Part shown: one piece after another, positions 1 through 14,585 of the stretch
Numbering within the stretch: position 1 is the first letter of the stretch
Layout of the letters: each line of letters starts with the position of its first letter
Assembly: GCA_004764695.1 (NCBI GenBank)
Contig: SMSO01000014.1
Coordinates: forward strand, 2,165,648 to 2,229,647
From: Schizochytrium sp. TIO01
Taxonomy: Eukaryota; Protista; Bigyra: Labyrinthulomycetes
Direction of reading: 5' to 3'
Length of the DNA: 64,000 bases
Notes under the pieces: model-generated
Seen by the model: the letters and a program-made list of their open reading frames with translations, nothing else
Told to the model about the DNA's origin: nothing
The model's database searches: none
Position numbers and translations under genes: made by a program

Positions 1-55
1 CCTTCGTGGAGGCTGTGTTGTGTACAGTTTTGAGTAGCGCGTTGGGTTTAGCCAT
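1..55 (-). CDS. Possible 5' end of a gene running off the left edge (MAKPNALLKTVHNTASTK...)
   Basis: ATG at 55 (-) in context ccgaATGG, frame open to position 1. Too short to identify. Confidence 0.25.
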   Translation of the reverse strand, partial: MAKPNALLKTVHNTASTK

Positions 56-3000
56 TCGGTTGGGGGAGTGCCTAGTTGAGAGAGATGATAAGTAAGCGCC
101 GGCGCCTTCAATAGATGAAAGTCGGCGCTCTTTCTTTGCCCTCAGGATCTCCGGGACCACTTTCTGGTTTTATTTTTTCTTTGGCATTTCTTATTATCTG
201 GAGGATCAGGCCTGAAACTTTTAAAAGTGCTTGCTCCTTATTCGTGCTTAAGGAGGAGTTCAGGAAAAAACTGCATATGTCGCTCTGAGGCGCTGCTGCG
301 TTTGGAAAGCTGACATGTCGCTGCGACCTTTTCGAAGATCTGGAACGTCTGCCGCCCAGTTCATGTACACATCGGTGCTTCCCTTCCGCTATTACCAGTT
401 TGTCGCCCTCTTTTATCGATCCGGCAGTGTACTCTCTTGAGCCAGTCCCGTCTCTCTCTGTTTTGCTTCTTCACTTTCAAGTTGGACTTACTTTTTTCTT
501 TTGTTTTGTTTTCTTTTCTTTCAGAACTCTGTTATTTCGAAGTGCCAGAACGTAGATTTTATGATGATGTTTGTGCTCTGTTTTCCACTGTGGATGTATA
601 GTTATGGTAAATAACATTTCATAAATTAAAAGAAAATGTTTCTACACGAACTAAACAAGAGTCGGTGCTGCCTGTTTATGACTTAAGTTTAGCCGCAATA
701 ATCAGCTGATTGACGAATCCATGCTTGCGACGCTGCCATCAGCCACATACTTCAGGCTTATTGAAGAGTGTCATATTCTGGCTGCCTTGTGGTGCTACAC
801 GAGGAGTGCAAAATATTTTCTCCCACGCCCATCATGTCTTTGAGGTTGATGTTTCAAAAACACCAAAGTGTGGAATGATGTAATAAAGGAACGCTTTTGC
901 TCCAGCCTCTGTAATAAAGGGTGCATATATCCTTAGCTACGTTATAGTCAAAATTTTACGCCCTTAATTCTGGCAGTAAGTTCGGGTCTTGAAACACGTG
1001 CCTGTACTGCTTGATTAAAAGTGCGTTTTCTTTTTAAAAGTAGAAGAAGTAAATATCTTCCAAGAATATTTACTGCTTATGTTCATAATTGCCGAGTGAA
1101 CAGAACAGCAAAGGTGGGAGTGCTGATTCCATTCAGTTGATTATTTTCAAGAATCCTATTTCGTCAGAAGATGTATACCTATACATAGATGTAGATATAT
1201 CAAGGTGAGTTGCGAAGTAGTTTTGGGAGCTGGTTTATAAGCCAAGCTTGAAAGCAAGTATTTTTCAGTTGTTGTTGTTGATTAGACAAAGGTTTCCCTC
1301 CCGCCTCTTGTTTATTCTTATTTTCTATTTTTGAATTAATTTTTTAATTTGAAGATTGGGCTATTGCTTCGATGCTTTTCATATGTCACCAAACCTAAGC
1401 CTCTGCTATGGCAAGCTCAACCTCTATTTATATGCGCAGGCACGCCACACGTTAGTTTCCTGAAAGCCATTTATTTAAAGGCAAATGATCTGAGCAGTAC
1501 ACACACGGAATGTCTGCTTCGATGCATTACTTTTCGATGCCTGCAGATAGATAGATCTATTGTGGCGTGCGCCCGAACACTCGGGCCGTATTCGTGCGTG
1601 CTGATGCAACTGTCTATCTAGATATCTTCACGTGTGTATAGCTCGGTCGGCCTGTCTTTGTGATGAATGTATGTATGAATGAATGTTTGCTTGTTTCTTT
1701 GCACGCATGCATGCATCTCTGTATCTCTGTCTAGAACTGGGTTCGAGCGAGTGTTTGGGGTACGCGCCCAATCAACGCACAAGGAGCGCCAACAGAGGGA
1801 CAGTTTCAGGAGCGACAGAATAAAGAGAAGTTTCCGCCTTTGGGCCCAAGCAAAGTCGGGAATTTTATCGTCAGAGCGATGACGGCGCACGAACGAGGAA
1901 GTTGGTTGGTTGTGTCATGCCGCTCCAAACTCGGCAACTAAAGCTGGAGATCGCGGGTCCTGCCACCCATGCATGCATGCTGCATGCATCATGCATCGCA
2001 AACACATGCATTAGAAAACAGCAGAGAACGGCGCTCTGACGTGCAAAACTGACGCCGTTGGAGCCGCCCCTGCGAAAAGATTGATCTGAGCTCGGAAATC
2101 TTGGATCACTTACATAGTCGGCGCCGATCTGCGCCGGACTAGCAGAAGAAGATCTGCTACTCGAGCCAGTTCCAGGCGCTTCGCGATGTTCTGGTCCGCA
2201 CAGTTGCGCTGTGTCATATGAGTGCCTGAGTGCCTAATATGGGAAGTTAGTTGCCTGCAGAGTCTTCGAACTAAACGAAAGTTTACAAAGATGGCCTATC
2301 TCTACTGGCCGTGTCACCGTTGCAACAGCTGTGACGGTCGGGAAATGAAATTGTTCTCTCTTACTCTGCGCACTTACCCAGAAAACCCCAAGGCTGCGGT
2401 ATGGGTTGGAAGTTTGTTTGAGTCTCACTTATCAGGAACGACTATTAGGTACCTAGCTACCTCCATCACTCGTGAAGTCTCTAATCTTTTTAATCTTTTG
2501 GTTTATGTTTTATTTTATGTTTTAAATTAACTAACGATTTTCATGAAATGAAATGAATGTTTTATTGAAATAGTTTAAAACATAAAAGGATTTTGCTAAG
2601 CTCTTTTTGTTCAAGTGAGCTTTCCTGTACACACAGTGAAGAAGAACTTTTTGTAGGAAAAGCCTTCGTGTCTAAGTTAGCTGAGAAAACAGGCGTGCCT
2701 TCTTCAACTGACCTGCTCAGTACTGCCACAGACTGATCCAGGGCTTTCGTCAGGGCGGGTATTTGGCGAAGCCTTGATCTGGGCCAAGCTTAGCTTCGCG
2801 TACGTGCGTGCTAGCGATCCAGGCTCGGCTCTTTTCGCGCTCCTTCTTCGAGCGTAAGCCTCTCTCCTGAGGATGCATTTCATTTGTCGCGGATTTCCCG
2901 CACCCGCTCATATTTGTACACGTGTGCATGAAACATGAAAGCGCTCATTCATTCACGCAGTCATTTATTCATTCATTCATTTATTCATTCATTCCACGAT

Positions 3001-3647
3001 CGAAGTGCTCTATACTCGTACTCGTCTTCCTTTGTAAAACGATGCAAGACTGTTCATCGGTTTTCGAGTCTACAAGTGCGGTATGAGGCGATGAAAGAAG
3101 GAAAGAAAGAGTGCCGCGTGGTCTAGAGCTAGGACAAAACTCAGGCCGCTGCGGGGACTGCGGGGATTCGCCTCGAGCAGCGGCGCGGCTTTTCTAAGGA
3201 AATAAAAGCGTCCATCCCATCTATTCCTTCATTCATTCCTTCATTCATCGAAAGAGCGGCCCAGACAATCAGTCAGTTGGTCAGTGAAGAAAATCCTGAC
3301 TTGTTTATACACTTACCTGGCCCAAGCAAGCCATTGATTAGGATGCACATACGACGATGGTACGATCGTACGATGTTCGTCTGTATGTTGGCGAACGGAG
3401 TCTTTCGAAGAACTTTCTAAGTCGCCAAACGCCGAACGATATGTGGTGCACTTTATTCATAGCGCCGGAGCTTGAAGGCATCTTCAGCGCGCGATCTTCG
3501 CTGCGGCTCTGACTTGAAGCAGTTCAAATGAAAGCTAAAGTGATAGCAAAAGTGAGGTGAGAGCGGAAATCCATAATAGAGGCAGCGCGCACCCCACTTG
3601 AGGCAAGAAAGTACACGACAAATATTACTTATTTTATTAGACGAAGA

Positions 3648-3674
3648 AAATAAATAAATAAATAAATAAATAAG

Positions 3675-3713
<39 letters not shown>

Positions 3714-3715
3714 AT
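3648..3715. repeat. (AAAT)n microsatellite
   Basis: Tandem AAAT with one AAGT variant. Confidence 0.95.
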
Positions 3716-4450
3716 GAAAACATGAAAACATGAAAAAATGAAGAAGTGAAGAAACTCGAAGCTGCTTCTTTCTTTCCGGGTTTAATGAATGGGTGTCTGT
3801 TCTGCGCTGTTCTGTTCTTGAGGTGGCGTGCCAATTGCTGCAAAGAGAAGGTTACGGAGAGGAGCTCACTCACAGCGGAGATATGCGTAAGAAATGAAAA
3901 GAGGGAAAGGGAGAATTGGCTTTTGCTTCCATGCTCAATCTTGAGCACGCTTCTCGCTACCAAAATGATCATCAAAGTAGCCGCGAAGATGCGACAGAGG
4001 TGAGTTCGGAAGTTGCCTTTCGCCCCTTTTCTTTCCTTTCTTTTTACTTCGCGATGGCCCGTGTCTGAATGAGTGCCGATAGAGTCCGAACTCTAATTGT
4101 TTGCGCTAATTTGGGTGATCTGACTTATCACTTCTTCCTTTTGATAAAATGCGAACAGGAGGACGTTCGCTGTTATGTCTTCAGTTTAAAGAGACGCCTG
4201 CGTTGGAAATGGTGATAACAGTACAATTAATTATCATCGTTCTTCGGACGAGACTGACTGCCTTGCAAGTCCTTCTCTGGATTCTGCGTAGACCCAATCC
4301 TATCCCTTCACTTCGAATCAAAGCCAAGCAATGTTCAAGATGTCACTACTGTGAAACACGAAAGTCCTTTCATTCGCAGACGGAAGAGCAGCAAATCCTT
4401 CTGAAAAGAGAGAAAAGAAGGAGAAAGAAAGGGAGGACTCTGCGATTGAG

Positions 4451-4610
4451 TTTGTTTGTTTGTTTGTTTGTTTGTTTGTTTGTTTGTTTGTTTGTTTGTT
4501 TGTTTGTTTGTTTGTTTGTTTGTTTGTTTGTTTGTTTGTTTGTTTGTTTGTTTGTTTGTTTGTTTGTTTGTTTGTTTGTTTGTTTGTTTGTTTGTTTGTT
4601 TGTTTGTTTG
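4451..4610. repeat. (TTTG)40 microsatellite
   Basis: Perfect tandem array. It generates the spurious FVCL/QTNK ORFs. Confidence 0.97.
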
Positions 4611-4931
4611 CACCTTTCTCTTGCTATCAGGACCACCGACCAATAGGAAGTACTCGAAAGCGCGACCCTTCGATATACTTAGTGTCGCCTACAGTCAGTC
4701 TGTGGAGCAAAGAGGACTCAGCTTTGATAGTATGCGTATGCCATGGGCAGCTAACTCACATCCCATAGGATCACAGCAGTCTTGAGGCGCGAAGCAAAAA
4801 GTCCAGTCGAGACGGCCTCTCTTGAGACGGGCCAGGCACCAAGCTAGACCAGAAGCCGGCTGCGGAGATTTACGCAGTCTGCGCGGGACTCGTTTCAACT
4901 CTCGAAGGACTCGAAGAGAAAGAAGAAGCTA

Positions 4932-4971
4932 TTCGAGGCCACTTCGAGGCCACTTCGAGGCCACTTCGAGG
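4932..4971. repeat. 11-bp tandem repeat TTCGAGGCCAC x~3.6
   Basis: Read directly from the sequence. Confidence 0.9.
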
Positions 4972-4996
4972 GCCGTGGAAAGTGTTGCCAGCACTA

Positions 4997-5253
<257 letters not shown>

Positions 5254-5537
5254 GAAGGAGGAAGTGCGTTTCGAGATATTGTGGGTTACAATGCGTTACG
5301 TTACTGACCGTGGTCCTCGATTTGACGTACGTGTATCGCCAACCGAAAGAAAGTACATACCGCCGCCGCTGCGGCAGGCCAGGCCAAGGCGCCGGGACGC
5401 GGCCTCCACGACAGAAGCGGGCTCCGGCGGAGTGGCCGTCGGCTCGCGATGTACCCAAGAATACCTCGTCCTCGCCGCTTCTTCGCTCGCCCCGCCTCCG
5501 CAAGAGTACATTCATCGAGGGACAACAGAGCCAGGCG

Positions 5538-5588
5538 TTAACGTCTCGCCTGTTCTGTTCACATTAACGTCTCGCCTGTTCTGTTCAC
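5538..5588. repeat. 26-bp-period tandem duplication (TTAACGTCTCGCCTGTTCTGTTCAC x2)
   Basis: Two adjacent identical 25-nt copies separated by one A. Confidence 0.9.
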
Positions 5589-5626
5589 GTAGGCATCATA
5601 CATACTGCTGTGCGCCAGGTTTAGAA

Positions 5627-5662
<36 letters not shown>

Positions 5663-8600
5663 AAAAAGAAAGAGTCACGGTAATGAGGGGAGGAGACGCA
5701 ACCGTCTCTTTCTTTCAAGTTCGAGTCTTGAGGCTACTTTTCCTTGGTTCCAAACACACTTATTGCAGCGTCTCTATTCTCGTTTTTCTTTTCATTCTTT
5801 TATTCTTTTATTTGTAGGTTTTTTGTTTTTGTTTTTTTTTTAATAAAATTAAGAATAAAAGAGAAAAAGAAAGAAAGAGAGGAGAAGGGCAATCAATTTG
5901 AAAAGCAGAGAAAAGTACTTTGTTGCAAGTCAGGTTGTAATCAGTGCTGCTAAAGCGTGGCTGACAGTGCTTGCCATGCGCGTGTATGTGTGGGCAATAT
6001 GAAAGTTTACAGGTCAAGCTAAACCTTGCTTATACCGCTTATAGCATATGGGGAAGAAGCTGTAATCCACTCTAAGCATTCGTCTATACGGGGTTACTGG
6101 CGCGCTGGAAAGGAAAGAAGGGTGTGTTTATGTTTGATAATTCTATTATTGCACGATATTTTTTTGCATTTTTTTTTTCTTCCGAGTTTAAAAACAAAGC
6201 TCAATTAATATGTGATATGATATGGTATCTATCCTATTTAAAAGTTGAAATCAAAATAGTTTCAGAAAAGTCAAACCATCTTTCTGAAAAGTACCTACCT
6301 ACATGAGCCCTAATAGCGCGCGCGTGAAAGCCCCTGTCTTTTTATATACACTATTGTTATCATTACTCCTTTCACTCACCCAATTGCATCATTCCAAAAG
6401 AAATCAGACTCTTAACAAGAAGCAGGAACTGCTAGCCCTCCTTCTGACTGACTGCGAAAGGGGCTTCCCCGCGCGAGAAAAAAGTCCGCCCGCCAGGACT
6501 CGTGCGGCCTCTTCGGAAAGGCAGAAGCCGCCCCGTCCTGAGAGATCTTTATGCGTATCCCAGGCAATCGAAGGCGGGGCCTTTTCCTTCTCTTGGTTGC
6601 TTCGAAGCACAAACCGTCGACGTCTGTGAACTTCCTCGCAAACAGCTAGTTATCCTTATTTTCGTTGCTGTTCGTTCTCCTTTTTGTTGATGACGACTGG
6701 AGGATCGAAGGAACGAAGAAAGAAACAAGAACAAATGAAAGAGTGAGAACGATCGATTTATTGACTCGTGGAGTTGTTGATTTGTTGATTCCATGTGAAT
6801 GATCAATTCGAGGGATGGGACAAAGAAGCTGGCTGAAGATGGCCTTTTTTTTTTTTTTTTTTGTCAAAGGAAGAGCACTGCGAAGACTTTGCGCCTGTTT
6901 CCGTGCGAGCGGGTTTGGAATAGGCGAAGAATAAGGAAATGCAGGATGACGACACGAAGTGTTCTTTGGCATCGATTGAAGGGCGAAGAGGGAGCTTTAG
7001 AGCGAGCGCTCTTTGCACTCTTTGCACTCTTTTCTCCCTTCCTCCTTCTTCTCTGAGTTGTGCTTTTGCATAGAAAGATTAACAGCGATGTTTTTATTTA
7101 ACCAATTCATTCGTTTGTTCGAAAAAGGAAAGAGCCTCATTTTTTACAAATTATTTATTTAGTTAAAAAAAAAAAAAGAAAAAAAAAAAGAGAAATCATA
7201 ATCTTGAATATGAATTTCACATCATTGCTCAAACTACATTTCTTAAACATTGTTTTCTTTCATTTATGTATTCCGGATTTTAAAAACGAAGTCGCAGGCT
7301 CATGTGTTTTAAAAAGTTCAGATTTTAGTTCCCTTTTTAATTTTATATTTACAAGATTAATAATAAAAGGGAAGCATGAAAGTTCAACTGAGGATGACTG
7401 AGATTCATTTGGAAAGAAGCCAGGGATGCGGCGCTTTCATTCGCGTGCACGGCATGAACACTCTGAAGCTGGCACGAGCTGAGTGAACAGCAGCAAAGCA
7501 AGTCAATCACCCATGCCTACCTAGAAGAAGGATTGAAAGCAAAGCAAAGCAAAGCAAAGCCAAGGATAAAGAAAGCACCTAAATAGCTGCACAGAAGGAC
7601 AGACAGAGAGAAACGGACTGACTGACTGACTGACTGACGGGAAACTAAGGAGCAGTGGCTGGGACACAGGAAGCAGAAGCGGCAGCGAAGGAAGAGGGAA
7701 GCGCGAAAAGGAAGCAGAAACGAAGAAAATGACACGAGTGGACATGACTTCTTGAGCTTCGAAAAAAGAAAAAGTACCTTTTTCGTAGAGGAAATGGGTA
7801 CGCAGCCTTCCTTGAGCCCAGGGCCGCGGATCCTGGAAAGAGTGAGCGGGCTCGACGAGTCTAATTGCGCATGGTCAAGAGTCATAGCAGCAGCAGCGAC
7901 AGCCAGAAATGAACGAAAGAAACGAAACGAAATGAAACAAAACGAAACGAAACGAAACGAAACGAAACGAAAAGAACTCAGGAACAGACCGGGGTGCATT
8001 CCGCTTGTTCGCATAGCTCAGAAGCAGCTGCATTGCGCTTGTTGGTTGGTTGGTTTGTTGGTTTGTTTGTTTGCTTGCTTATTTGTTGGCTTTTGCTGGC
8101 GGCTGGATTGTGTTTGATCAGCTTCGACTGTCTGTTTGTGTGTTGGCTTGTTGGCCCGTTTGTTTTGAGTTTTTGGGGTGTGTTGGTTTGAACCGTTGAG
8201 GGAAATGAACAGAAATAGATAGAGATACATAGATACATAGATACATAGGCAGGTGGGGGGAGATTCAGTCCCGTAGGACCTCTGCGCGTGACGAGATTGA
8301 GTTCTTGTCGCTGCGAGGATGAGCTGTTGCTTCGACTGAGAAGTGGGCGGATGGATGTCTGTTGGGCAGCACGTGGATGGTGCGTGGCCGACGAAGTTAT
8401 CCGAAGGAGAGCGATGGCTATATTTCCGTGTAGGGCTTCCCTCGCCTGAGGGTTTCGAGGGGCGCTGTTGCACACGTTGCGGGGCATCCCGATGGGGGTG
8501 CGCGCGAAAATTGCGTTGCACATGTTCTAACCTTCAATAATATGTAAATGTATTTGATTCTTCTTCTTTTTTTCTTTTTTTTAAGAAGAAGAGTGTGTAC

Positions 8601-11600
8601 TGTACTTTAATGACAAAAATACAGAAAGGAGTATACATACATGGTATGAATGCGAGATTTCTGTACTCTTATGCAGCGAAAGAGAAGGATGAAAAGCGCG
8701 GAAGCGCGAGTCCCTTGAGGAGAAGAAGACTTAGAAAAGCATCGCGGCGCGAATGAAGAGAAAGGGATTGATTCCTGGAGAGAGAGCCAAAGCTTGTCGG
8801 AGTTGAGTTAGAAGGACGCCTTGTTCAATATAGAAACCCTCCCTAGTCGATCTTGTTTGTTTCAGGAAGGGCCCTCGCTACGCAAGAATGAGCAATAGAT
8901 TCGCGAGATCGCCGTGAAATGGTGTGAATGTGTACTTTCTTCTTCTTTGAATTATTACAATCTTGCAGATGCATAAGTAAGCAACGCTCTCAGCTCCGGA
9001 CCGGGTAAGGCATGGAAGACCAGAATAAGCGACGAAGGAAACCTGGGATTCTTTCACTTATAGTGAGTGATCTTGCGCTATGGTGCGAACACAGGTGTTG
9101 TAGAATTGATGAAATTGCTGAGCGTTTTCTCAGTAGGTTGGTATCCATCCATGAGACACTCGCTCGTTGTAGCGCTTGAGCGGTAAAAGAGACATCTCGA
9201 TTCTCGGGCTGTTTAACGAGAGAGGCTCCCAATCCATGAAGCGGGAAGCAGCGAGAGCGGCAACGGCATGCGTAGGATACCCGTGGTGATGCGTGTCTTG
9301 GATTGCTTGGTATAACTGTAGAGACGCTCGTTTATTTTGTTTCATCTTACAAGCATTCGTCTGTTCATTGATGTCGATATCTTTTCTTTTCTTTTTCTTT
9401 TTTTAAAATATGTTTCATTAATTAAAATTATTGTTTTAGCTTAGTTTTATTTACTTTTTTAAATAAATATGTATAGGTAATAATAATATTCTTCTTCTTC
9501 GATTCTTAATCACATTTCCGGAAAGCTGCGAAAATATCTTGATTTATACGTCCTTGCTTGCTTGGGACGATTGGAGGAGCTGCCTGCCTTCTACCTGTTG
9601 GCAAAGCTCTTGAGAATTATTTTCTTCCTTTGAGAACTAAAGAAGAGCAGACACTAAAATGACGATGAAGAGATCTATCGTACTGAGGACTATAGCACAG
9701 GACACACGAAGGAAAAAAAAAATTTAAAAAATCGTTTTTCCTCTTTCAAAGCATCGATGGCCATAGATGTGCTCATTCCAATGACGATGCGATTCTGTGA
9801 ATAAAACGATACAGGAGAAGAGACTTCACGAAGCTACCGAGAATCCCAACAAGAAATAAAGACGTGATTGGTACCAAAGAGGTCCGCTCACCCGTCTTAT
9901 CTACCGTCGTCAACTTGTAAATCAACAAATCTTCTTGGTGGGTAATTCCTGAAATACAACGGAAGTCTACGGGTTGGAATTACTCGCAGAGGATTCCGGC
10001 ACTCGAGGATCCTCGTCATGAAGCAAGCAAGCAAGCAAGCAAGCAAGCAAAGACACAAACAAAGCTCTCCAAGCACATAGAACTCCTGTGCGTCACGAAG
10101 AGCTCGGGCAAGTCGCGGCGCTTCCACAGAGGCACGGTGGATTCCAAAGAAGACCTAAGACCTCCAAAGACTCTCTCAGCTTGTTGTATACAGCAGAGAG
10201 CTCTGATCAAAAGCTTAGTAGAAGCATGGAGGCCCTTGCCCTCTTGTAGCAGCTCCCGGAGACGGACCGGTCCGTGCAGATTCAAAGCGACCTTGAAGGA
10301 AACGTGTGAAGAAGAGGCGGGCGGGCGCCGCGCGGCTGTCTTAGCGAGATCGGGGGGCGAGAGAGAGCGCTTGGCTTCGTGCTGTTGTGGCGGTGCTGCT
10401 GCGATAGACGACGGAGGTGCCTCCGTGCTGGAGAAGACGATCGCTGATGTGGTTGATGCATCAGACTGCTTCGCTCGATCGTTCGAGAGAAAGCTAGCTA
10501 GCTAGCTACAGCTATTTAGCTTGCGACGGTCGGTGAAAGATGGTCGAAAGCACCCTCGTGGTCGGCCGAGCGCTGGGCGGCTTTCGATTCGTACTCCACG
10601 CATCGCATGGAGGGAGCGAGCTCGAGGAGCTCGAATTGTGTACCTGCGTAGTTCTCTTTGTTTGGTGGTGAAATAGATATATTATTTTTTCATTATTTAT
10701 ATAGATAACCCAACCAGTTCAATTTCGAGGGTTTGCGAGAACGAAGAAAGAACTAGGCGACCTGGTAGCGCTAATATAGCGACTAATAAGACCCGCTGGG
10801 TCGACTTTGAGGTTGTTTCCTTTGGTTGCCTTTCATTGTGAGGGCTGCTCAGATTGATGCAGTGAAAGAGTCATCGATTCGGTAATGAACTCGTCGAGGG
10901 GCGAGAAATGGTCCGTGGAATGAGGACAATTGAGGTCAGAGTGAGTAAATAATAAAAATAAGTGCATTTTTGAAGCAATGAGAGACGAAAACGAAGAAGA
11001 GAAAGAAGAAGAAGAAGAAAAAGAAAAAGAAAAAGAAAAGAAAAAGAAAAAGATGAGCAAGCGCTTTCTGCTCAATTCTGCTCTGATGCTTCTTCAGGTT
11101 GCATGAACTCAATGCGCTCTTCGATTGGCGGCGGGGGGCGCCGCGATCAGGCTGCCGTAATGAGCTCAAGGTGAACGAGAGGCACGCGGTGCGGATTGTA
11201 AGAAGGCGCGCCTAGTGCCAACGGAGTGGACGGTTTACGAGACTGGCCAGGGCCAAGAGCAAGCCTGGAGAGCGAGCGGTCTCTTTCATAGGAGGTTGAT
11301 TCCCAATGCTTTGTGTGCTGCTGTAATTCGGTTAGTTACTCAATCCGGAATAGGAGGTCTTACGGTTTGGGCTAGTAAGAGGCGCTGGTGGGATATATTC
11401 TTTTTTTTCTTTTTTTTAAATAATGTTTTTTAATTTATTTTTTAATAGAATGTTAATTACTTTTTGTTAATGATTTAATATTTTAGTATATTTTTTTTTA
11501 AATAAAGAAATATTACCTCAATCAGGGAGTGCTATTCTTCTTCAAAAACGTTTTAAAATTATTTTCTATTTTAAAATAGATTTTGCTTTGAAGGGGAAAT

Positions 11601-14065
11601 GATTAAGGTAGATGTGAAAAATAAAATTAATTTATATATGGTATTTTCAAAGCTCAAGAAGTTATTACATATAAAAACAGAAAGTAGACAGATACAGGGC
11701 TCCTTTTGTTGAAAGATGATCTATTAGAGCGCTTCACAACATATGGTGACCTCTAGATTGTGACAGAAAAAGGCAGTAGGTCCTCTTATTCTTATTCTTT
11801 TTCTTTTTCTGAACTAAATCAATGAAAGATGGCTGCTCGTTTGCTGGTGTGCTCGTTTGCTCAATGTTCTTTGCGTTCATAGTTGTTAGCGCGACAAGCT
11901 TCGTGCCGTGCTTGAGATTGAACTGGCTGAGATCCGCATTAGGTGCTGTGTTAGGGCTTCGGTTCATAGAAGTGACAATCGTTGCACTTACTGGTTCCTT
12001 TTTATTTTCCAGGGTACAGAGGCCCTCCTCTCCAAGGAAAGAAATGCGCAAATCAAAAGACGTGAGTAGATTAAGAAGACTCCGCAGCAAACGTACAAAT
12101 CAATAAAAGCGAAAAGCGTGGCGACAGTGTTTGGAAAGGTATATAAGCACTTAGCTCTGCGCATTTACGTACATACTTACTTACATACATACAATAACTC
12201 ACTCCTCTCCAAGATCCTTGTTTTAGGACCCTGTTCGAGATTTAGATTCCGCGATGATCGAAAGCGGTAATGTAATATATAGTGGTAATATGATTGGCAG
12301 ATAGACGAGGCAGCAAGCTCAGAGAAGGGCCGCAAAGATGAATGTTTGCTTGCTTGGGGATCTGGGATCTCCTGAAATGATGAGGGACCCGCGCGAGCGA
12401 CGTCCTAACTGAAGCAGAACTAGCTTTGCAACGAACTGCGATGCATGATGGTCGTGCAAATGCCGCTACCAGTGCTCACGAAGTAGCGACAAAATGCGCC
12501 TGACTGTACGTTTTTGAGTCCTACCGTGAAAGTAGTCCAACAGGCACAGTCCATGAAGTAGAAGTTGGACGTCCTGTGCGAACAAACAGGTCAAACAGTC
12601 AAACGAACGGAGCAACGGTTCATAAACCCTCGCGAAGTAACGCATTATATCATCTCACGTCGTGCCATCTCATGTCTACGGCATGGGCATTCGTGCTGCA
12701 GTGCAGAGCAGTTCTTCTTCGCTACAGCAGAGCAGGCAGCTAGTTCTTGGGCGGCAAGAAAGAATCGGAGGGCTGTTTTCTTCGTCTCGATGAAAGCCCA
12801 AGGGACCTAGATTGTCAAAGAAGCTCAAGCTGAAAGCAGCTCAAGCTCGAGCAAGCAAGCGAGCGAGTTAAGCTCGTGGCATGAGAGTAGTAGAGGAGCG
12901 GCTGGTTCCGACTATGAATGCTGGAACCTGGCAGAAAAGCCTCCACGCTTTTGCACTGGAGGTGGCGTTATTCATAAAGCGTGGACTCGGAAAGAGCAAG
13001 CAAGGGCAGCGCAGTTCAACCCAGAGCGGCGCAGGTCGGTCTGTCTGGTACATCGGGTCACTCGAAGGTGAGACATTGCTGCTTGGGACGACGACCTCGC
13101 TTGCGTTGGAGATGGAGAATCAAATTAGATTAAGTCTAAGCGCATGGCCGCTGGGACCCGGAGACCAAAGGCGGAGATCGCTGGAAAAGGGACATCGCAG
13201 CAGAGGAGTTAAGTTTCAAGTCCTAACCAGAATCCAGAATCCCCACACCACAAAAGCGACATGCACGATTGGATGATCCAGCATTGCTGTGTTGCTGTAT
13301 TGCATACTCATAGTGATATTGGGCTTTGAAGGATGGGCCGAGTCTTGCGGACTCTCTCTGGCGATGAATGCACGTCCGTCTGATTTGCGCAGAAGACTGT
13401 AATGCTGTATAAAGGCTCGTTGGACTGATGGAGTGAGTGCAGGGCAAAGGAGCAAAATCTACAGGCGGAGAAGAAAGACAGTTAGTTGCAAAGCTATAGC
13501 GAAGCAAGTGTTTCAGGAGTCTTATCCGTCTTTTCTTGCAGAAATGGGAAATGTGCAACGAAGTCCCTCACTCTGCAAAGAAAGGAGCAAACCTTAGCAT
13601 TGAGGCGGTGGCTTTGTAGGGGGACATTGGAACCCATGTGTTTCGGTCTCGCTTTGTTTGATACATCGCCTGAGTTCTTGGAAAACGAGCGCAACATAGC
13701 CAGCCACCCCCTGATGAGTGTTCACAAAATGTGCTCTCTAGACAGGGCTTTCAAACGTTTTCGCTTTGAATTAAATAAGACTTTCCAGACCGTAAAGTTT
13801 GAGGTTTCTACGATACCTCGCGATCCTTCTTGATATAGTTATCGAAAGAAATGTATCCTGGCTCTTCTTATGGCCTTATTTATAAATCATATTCGGAACT
13901 AGCCACTATCATCGGGTAATCCTAACATCGGGGAAATATAGTTGATATAACTAAAGTGCTTCGGGACATTATGTGAGCATCTATTTCGCCGAACCCATTG
14001 GCGAAGCGCGAGTGGAGAGATGGGAGGAAAACTTGATCAACGCTGCCTTTGTGAAGATAGGCACC

Positions 14066-14585
14066 ATGGCGAGCAAGCATAGCGGCCCCGACCTCAAGAA
14101 GTAAGTTGCTAATCTACCCCTTCTCACTTGATTCCTCTGCTTATTTCTCAACAGACCCTCTCGCCATCACCACCAACCCGAGATGGACCAACCTTCAGAG
14201 CCGAGAGCTTTCGCCTCCAACGCTAACACGTGTTTGCGTGGAGGCAAAGCAGCCTGTAAGCAAGCAAGCAAGATCTTCTGGCGTGCGCACCCTCCCGATC
14301 AGCTTCAAGATTGACGCACCTTGTAAACTCGCTTTGCTGTTCGATTGACTAACAACATGTCTTGCCATTTTCTATAAATACAGATGCATGGAAAAGCGCC
14401 TCAGCGTGCGCTTGAATGCAAACCGCACTGTACGTGGTGTTTTGCGGGGATACGACCCGTTTATGAATCTCGTCCTCGATGATACTGAGGAGGTCGTTAG
14501 TGAGACTGAGGTGAATGATCTCGGCATGGTTGTGATTCGTGGCAGTAGTGTTGTTGAGATCGAAACTTTAGATCCAATTTTGTAG
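14066..14585 (+). CDS. SNRPG: Small nuclear ribonucleoprotein G (SmG); join(14066..14100,14384..14585), 78 aa
   Basis: Spliced product [44 protein letters not shown]...VVIRGSSV has Sm1/Sm2 motifs and the SmG-type N-terminus. Intron has a GTAAGT donor, TGACTAAC branch point and CAG acceptor, and the frame is preserved. Confidence 0.95.
14101..14383 (+). other. Spliceosomal intron of SmG (283 nt)
   Basis: GTAAGT at 14101, branch TGACTAAC at 14346-14353, acceptor TACAG ending 14383. Confidence 0.92.
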
